A stretch of 64,000 nt of DNA from assembly GCF_934747485.1 (NCBI RefSeq), contig NZ_CAKVGN010000005.1, positions 1,636 through 65,635 of the forward strand. Reading direction: 5' to 3'. Source of the DNA: an uncultured Brachyspira sp. (GTDB lineage Bacteria > Spirochaetota > Brachyspiria > Brachyspirales > Brachyspiraceae). The number at the start of each line of letters is the position of its first letter. Position 1 is the first letter of the stretch. The notes under the pieces are model-generated. The model had not been told where the DNA came from and did no database searches. It saw only the letters and a list, made by a program, of their open reading frames with translations. This document shows, in pieces, positions 59,875 to 64,000 of this stretch. The position numbers and the translations under genes were made by a program.

Positions 59875-62829
59875 TTAATAAAACATATCAGGGTTTTTAA
59901 AATCTTCTTTCAATGTTTCAAGAACTTTATCATCTTTAGTAAAATTATCATTTTCACTGCTTGATAATTCTTTTTCTAATTCTTTTATTTCCGTATCTAT
60001 TTTATTTTCTGTTTCAGTTATTTTACTAATATCTATATCATTAGTATTTAATTCTTCTTCATCAGTTGTATCTAAATTAAGTATTATATCATCAGGTTTT
60101 TCATTTTTCACATCATCAACATTTGTAATAAATCCAGACATAAGAGATTGGAATTTATTAAAGCTTTCACTCAATTTACTTGTAACCATAAAGAATTCAT
60201 GATTACTCTTAGCAGTTTTTACAGATAATTCATTTAAGAAAGCCATAGTGCTTACAACTTCAGCAGCACCAACACTATTAGCTTGAATAATCTCTGCCAC
60301 CTCTTTGTTAATCTGGTCTAATAAAGTAATTTGGCTGTCTACCACATCACCGCTGTTAATCTGCTCTCGTACATTTTCTTTAACGCCCATAGTAATGTTA
60401 TTTAAGTGTTTGATAGTTTCAAGTATATCTCGGCCGCCTATTTCAAGTTCGCTGTTTGCAGTATTAATTTCGGAAACAACCCTCGAAGTGTTTTCAGACA
60501 TATCAAGTATATTTTCCAAGGATTTTCCGCTGTTATTTGCAAGTTCAACGGTTTCATCTATTCTTTTAGTAATAGTTTTAATGATGTTTGTGATAGTTTT
60601 TGTGTTATCTGCAGTATGTTCTGCAAGCAGTCTAATCTCATCAGCAACTACAGAGAAGCCTCTACCTTGTTCGCCGGCATGTGCTGCCTCAATAGCTGCA
60701 TTCATAGCCAAGAGGTTGGTTTGCTCAGCTATGCCTTGAATAACGTTAACTATCTCTTTAATTTGGTCTGAACTTTCCTCAATACCTCTAACAGCCTCTA
60801 TCACTTCATCTACCATGTCTCCTCCGTCATGGGCATCTATAAGCAGTTTTTTTGAGAATGAGTGAGCCTTACTAATACTCTTTGCCACACTTGTGATGTT
60901 TGAAATCATCTCTTCTATAGAAGAAGATGTTTGCTCTACGGCAGAGGCTTGTTTTTCCATGTTATCGCTTATTTTATAAATTGTCTGTAATAATTCCTCT
61001 ACAGCAATAGAAGCAGATGAGAATGCATGTTTCTGCTGCTCTGAAGAGTTTGTAACATTTTTAATAGAATTAATAATATTATTTACGCTTGCTATATTTT
61101 GAGTAATACTTGCACTCTGGTCATTTACCATTTGGGCATTAGATTCTATTGCCCTGTCTATCAATTTTATTTCATTAAATACATTATTACTTTCTGTTTT
61201 TAAGTTTCCTATAATGTTATCTAATCCATTAAGAAATAAGTTAAAATTATATACTAATACTCCGATTTCATCATTGTTTTTAGAATATATTCTCTTTCTT
61301 AAATCACCTTTACCGCCTATAAGACCTTTAGCAGATTCTGTAGCTGAATCTATAGGCTTGAATAATTGCCTTATAATATATAAATAAGTACCAGAAACTA
61401 CTAAGAATATTACTATAACTATAGATAATATTATTGATATATCCCTTTCTATGGCAGAACTTTTTATTATACTTGTAAGGTCTTTATAGTATACGGCTAC
61501 AATGTCTAAATCTTTCATATAATACATAATAACCATATTTCTGCTGCCGTTTATATTAAGTATAGGAGGAACATAGAAATATTTATTGTTTAATTGATTT
61601 TCAAAATTATTAATATACTTCATTAAGTCAGCAGATTTTCTTCTCAATATTAAATTAGCATTTTCTAATTTATCTCCTGATTCTGAACTTAATAGTATCT
61701 CTTTTGTATTAAAATCATAATATACATATGATAAATCTGAGAGATAAGTATTTGTTATCATATTTGTGTAATAGTTATTTATGTCTATATCTGATATTAT
61801 ATATCCGGCTTGAATATCATTTAAAGTTATTGGGTAGTGAGCAGATATATTAATATTATTTCTATCATTGGCTATTATCAAAGTATAAAAATCTCTTCTT
61901 ATAGCATTATTTTCTAATATGGGGTGTGTAGTTAAACTATCTGCTGCTCTCACTGTATATACATTGCTGTTAGATGATATATTTTTAGTTATACTTATTG
62001 AATATGGGAGGTTTGAATCTAAAAATTCTCTGTCTATGTTTATATAAATTGATTTGTAATTGTTTCTTGATATTCTATCTATGTATGATAATCTGCTTTC
62101 TATTTCTGTTTTTAAAATGTTTCTGTTTTGAGTATATCTATTTGAATAAATATTATTAATGACTCTATTATAAATATTTAAATCATTTTTTATGTTATTG
62201 TTTAATGAATATATATTATCATCTATTTTTATTATTTCATTTAATGTTGTATTAACATAGTTATTTATATATAAGTTTTCATTTACATTGATTGAATAGA
62301 TTAGGAATACTAATACAACAGAAAAGAAAAAGAAATAAATAGTATATAGAATCTTAGTTATAATTGGAATATAGAATATATTAATATTAGTTTCTAAGTC
62401 TAATTTAAGAGTAGCTATTTTGAATGAAAGCAGGGTTAAAGAAACAGCACCGCCGTTTATAAGCAAACATGCAATCATAGCTATAATAGATGTGTATACG
62501 AAAACATCTTTATTTAGTATATTGTATAATACTATTTCTAACAATGAGCTAATTATAGAAGTTGCTGTAAAGAGTCTTATAGTTTTTCTGGCTATTTGTA
62601 TATTTAATCCATTTCTCCATATATCGAAGTATTTTAGTATTGATACTGCAGAAAATACGGCTGCTACTATTTTAATGCCGAAGAAAGGAATCTTATGACT
62701 GTATACAAAAAAGTATAGTATGAGGTACCATATAGGCAGATTTATTATTATATATGTAAAAATAAGCTGCATTTTTAGGGAGAAAATAATTTTTTGTTGA
62801 GATTTATCTACAGCCATACAATAATCCAT
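59875..62829 (-). CDS. Methyl-accepting chemotaxis protein
   Basis: Multi-TM N-terminus, periplasmic domain, HAMP (DEIG), [34 protein letters not shown]. Confidence 0.95.
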   Translation of the reverse strand: MDYCMAVDKSQQKIIFSLKMQLIFTYIIINLPIWYLILYFFVYSHKIPFFGIKIVAAVFSAVSILKYFDIWRNGLNIQIARKTIRLFTATSIISSLLEIVLYNILNKDVFVYTSIIAMIACLLINGGAVSLTLLSFKIATLKLDLETNINIFYIPIITKILYTIYFFFFSVVLVFLIYSINVNENLYINNYVNTTLNEIIKIDDNIYSLNNNIKNDLNIYNRVINNIYSNRYTQNRNILKTEIESRLSYIDRISRNNYKSIYINIDREFLDSNLPYSISITKNISSNSNVYTVRAADSLTTHPILENNAIRRDFYTLIIANDRNNINISAHYPITLNDIQAGYIISDIDINNYYTNMITNTYLSDLSYVYYDFNTKEILLSSESGDKLENANLILRRKSADLMKYINNFENQLNNKYFYVPPILNINGSRNMVIMYYMKDLDIVAVYYKDLTSIIKSSAIERDISIILSIVIVIFLVVSGTYLYIIRQLFKPIDSATESAKGLIGGKGDLRKRIYSKNNDEIGVLVYNFNLFLNGLDNIIGNLKTESNNVFNEIKLIDRAIESNAQMVNDQSASITQNIASVNNIINSIKNVTNSSEQQKHAFSSASIAVEELLQTIYKISDNMEKQASAVEQTSSSIEEMISNITSVAKSISKAHSFSKKLLIDAHDGGDMVDEVIEAVRGIEESSDQIKEIVNVIQGIAEQTNLLAMNAAIEAAHAGEQGRGFSVVADEIRLLAEHTADNTKTITNIIKTITKRIDETVELANNSGKSLENILDMSENTSRVVSEINTANSELEIGGRDILETIKHLNNITMGVKENVREQINSGDVVDSQITLLDQINKEVAEIIQANSVGAAEVVSTMAFLNELSVKTAKSNHEFFMVTSKLSESFNKFQSLMSGFITNVDDVKNEKPDDIILNLDTTDEEELNTNDIDISKITETENKIDTEIKELEKELSSSENDNFTKDDKVLETLKEDFKNPDMFY

Positions 62830-62891
62830 TCCTTTTATATAATTTTAGATATTATTATACATTATCGTACAATTTTTATCAAAATATTAAT

Positions 62892-63740
62892 TTACACTCT
62901 TCCAACCTCATTAACTACTCTTCCTATCAATGTATCATGCGTAGATATAGTTTTTGAGTTTAATTCATAAGCACGCTGAACTTCTATCATTCTAACCATT
63001 TCATTTATAGGGTTTACGTTGCTCATTTCTAAGAATCTTGATAATACTTTTGGTCTGTCTACACCTTTTTGGGCTATGTATGCAGGACCGCTGATATTAG
63101 TATCTACCCAGAATGAATCTCCTTCTTTTTTTAGGTATCTTTCATTTTCAAAACGAACTATTTTTAGAGTATCAAGTATTTCTTCATCTTCCCATTCATT
63201 ATCATTAAACTGAACGAAATCATTGTTGTCTTGATATCTTCTGTTAATGCTTATTCTTCCTTCTTCGTCTATGTTGAAGTTATTAGTTTTTATTTGTATA
63301 TATCCATTTTCGCCCATTACTTTATAGCCATGTTTTGTAACGAGATAATTATCTTTATCAAGTAAAAAGCTTCCGTTTCTTGTATATCTTTCTCCATGAG
63401 GTGTTTCTACGGCGAAAAACCCTTTATCACCCAAAGCTATATCAAGCTGATTGCCAGTCTCTCTTAAAGAGCCTTGTTCCCACTCTGTAAAAACTTCATT
63501 TACTTCTACACCAGTGCCAAGTCTTCCAACATAAGGTCTTATATCTGTAGAACCAAGAGGAAATATTACAACTCCGTCATCTTCAGTTCTTGCTGCCATC
63601 ATCTCTGGGAAAGATTTGAAAGTAGCAGTATCTCTTTTAAAACCCGGCTTATCTACATTAGCCAAATTGTTAGCCACAACATCAAGTCTGTATTGTTCGG
63701 CTATCATTCCGCTTGCACCTGTATAAACTCCTCTAACCAT
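62892..63740 (-). CDS. Flagellar basal-body rod protein (FlgF/FlgG/FlhO family)
   Basis: ANNLANV..PGFK, YTRNGSF, LEMSNV..EMV.MI..QRAYE. Confidence 0.93.
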   Translation of the reverse strand: MVRGVYTGASGMIAEQYRLDVVANNLANVDKPGFKRDTATFKSFPEMMAARTEDDGVVIFPLGSTDIRPYVGRLGTGVEVNEVFTEWEQGSLRETGNQLDIALGDKGFFAVETPHGERYTRNGSFLLDKDNYLVTKHGYKVMGENGYIQIKTNNFNIDEEGRISINRRYQDNNDFVQFNDNEWEDEEILDTLKIVRFENERYLKKEGDSFWVDTNISGPAYIAQKGVDRPKVLSRFLEMSNVNPINEMVRMIEVQRAYELNSKTISTHDTLIGRVVNEVGRV

Positions 63741-63757
63741 TTATATATCCCCCTTTT

Positions 63758-64000
63758 TTATAATATATCATCATTTTCTTTTGTTGTTTTTATATTAATT
63801 TTATTTAATTTGCTTACAAAGTCTTCGTAGCCTCTTTCTATATGGTATATTCTGTGAAGGTCTGTAAGGCCCTCTGCCACAGCACCTGCAATAACTAATG
63901 CAGCACCGGCACGCAAATCGCTAGCCTGTACATCAGCACCTGAAAGTTTACCGCCTCCATTGACAACGATGCTTGGTTCATATAATTCTATATTTGCCCC
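63758..64000 (-). CDS. murA: UDP-N-acetylglucosamine 1-carboxyvinyltransferase, C-terminal 80 aa (partial)
   Basis: Own translation: ..LSGADVQASDLRAGAALVIAG..HIERGYEDF..; TAA at 63758-63760. Confidence 0.93.
   Translation of the reverse strand, partial: GANIELYEPSIVVNGGGKLSGADVQASDLRAGAALVIAGAVAEGLTDLHRIYHIERGYEDFVSKLNKINIKTTKENDDIL

Noticed and set aside
1352..63830. Numerous antisense or nested short ORFs in the track (e.g. 1352-1633, 9009-9413, 28504-28977, 39287-39859, 60305-60739, 63474-63830)
   Set aside because: Shadow frames of well-supported genes on the opposite strand; no motifs or RBS.

Overview
Very AT-rich spirochaete-like chromosomal DNA. Gene content and the phage-like head/tail block point to Brachyspira (inference). 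0-8 kb holds a block of virion genes matching the VSH-1 gene transfer agent (GTA) head/tail cluster in size and order, with no integrase, terminase or replication genes. An approx. 7.5 kb ROK/SIS/VOC/sugar-ABC island interrupts it. After the island, a small ORF pair (16083-16708) carries a full -1 programmed frameshift signal (T TTT TTG, 7-nt spacer, stem-loop), as expected for a gpG/gpGT-type tail assembly chaperone. The rest is mostly housekeeping: purN/M/E/L, pyrK/D/F-E fusion, pnuC-nadR, pcp, feoAB, PcrA-like helicase, alr, an MCP, a flagellar rod gene, murA and tRNA-Thr. Two BspA/DUF285 repeat genes are one base away from being a single gene, and an acyltransferase gene is frameshifted in a poly-A tract. 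The intergenic DNA holds two unexplained repeat systems. System A is short GC anchors arranged as nested inverted pairs with fixed spacer lengths but divergent spacer sequence. System B is a scaffold element into which approx. 18-25 nt GC-rich modules are inserted precisely, in tandem and nested inside one another, with empty and filled alleles both present in the window. All product names come from motif recognition and synteny, not from database searches.
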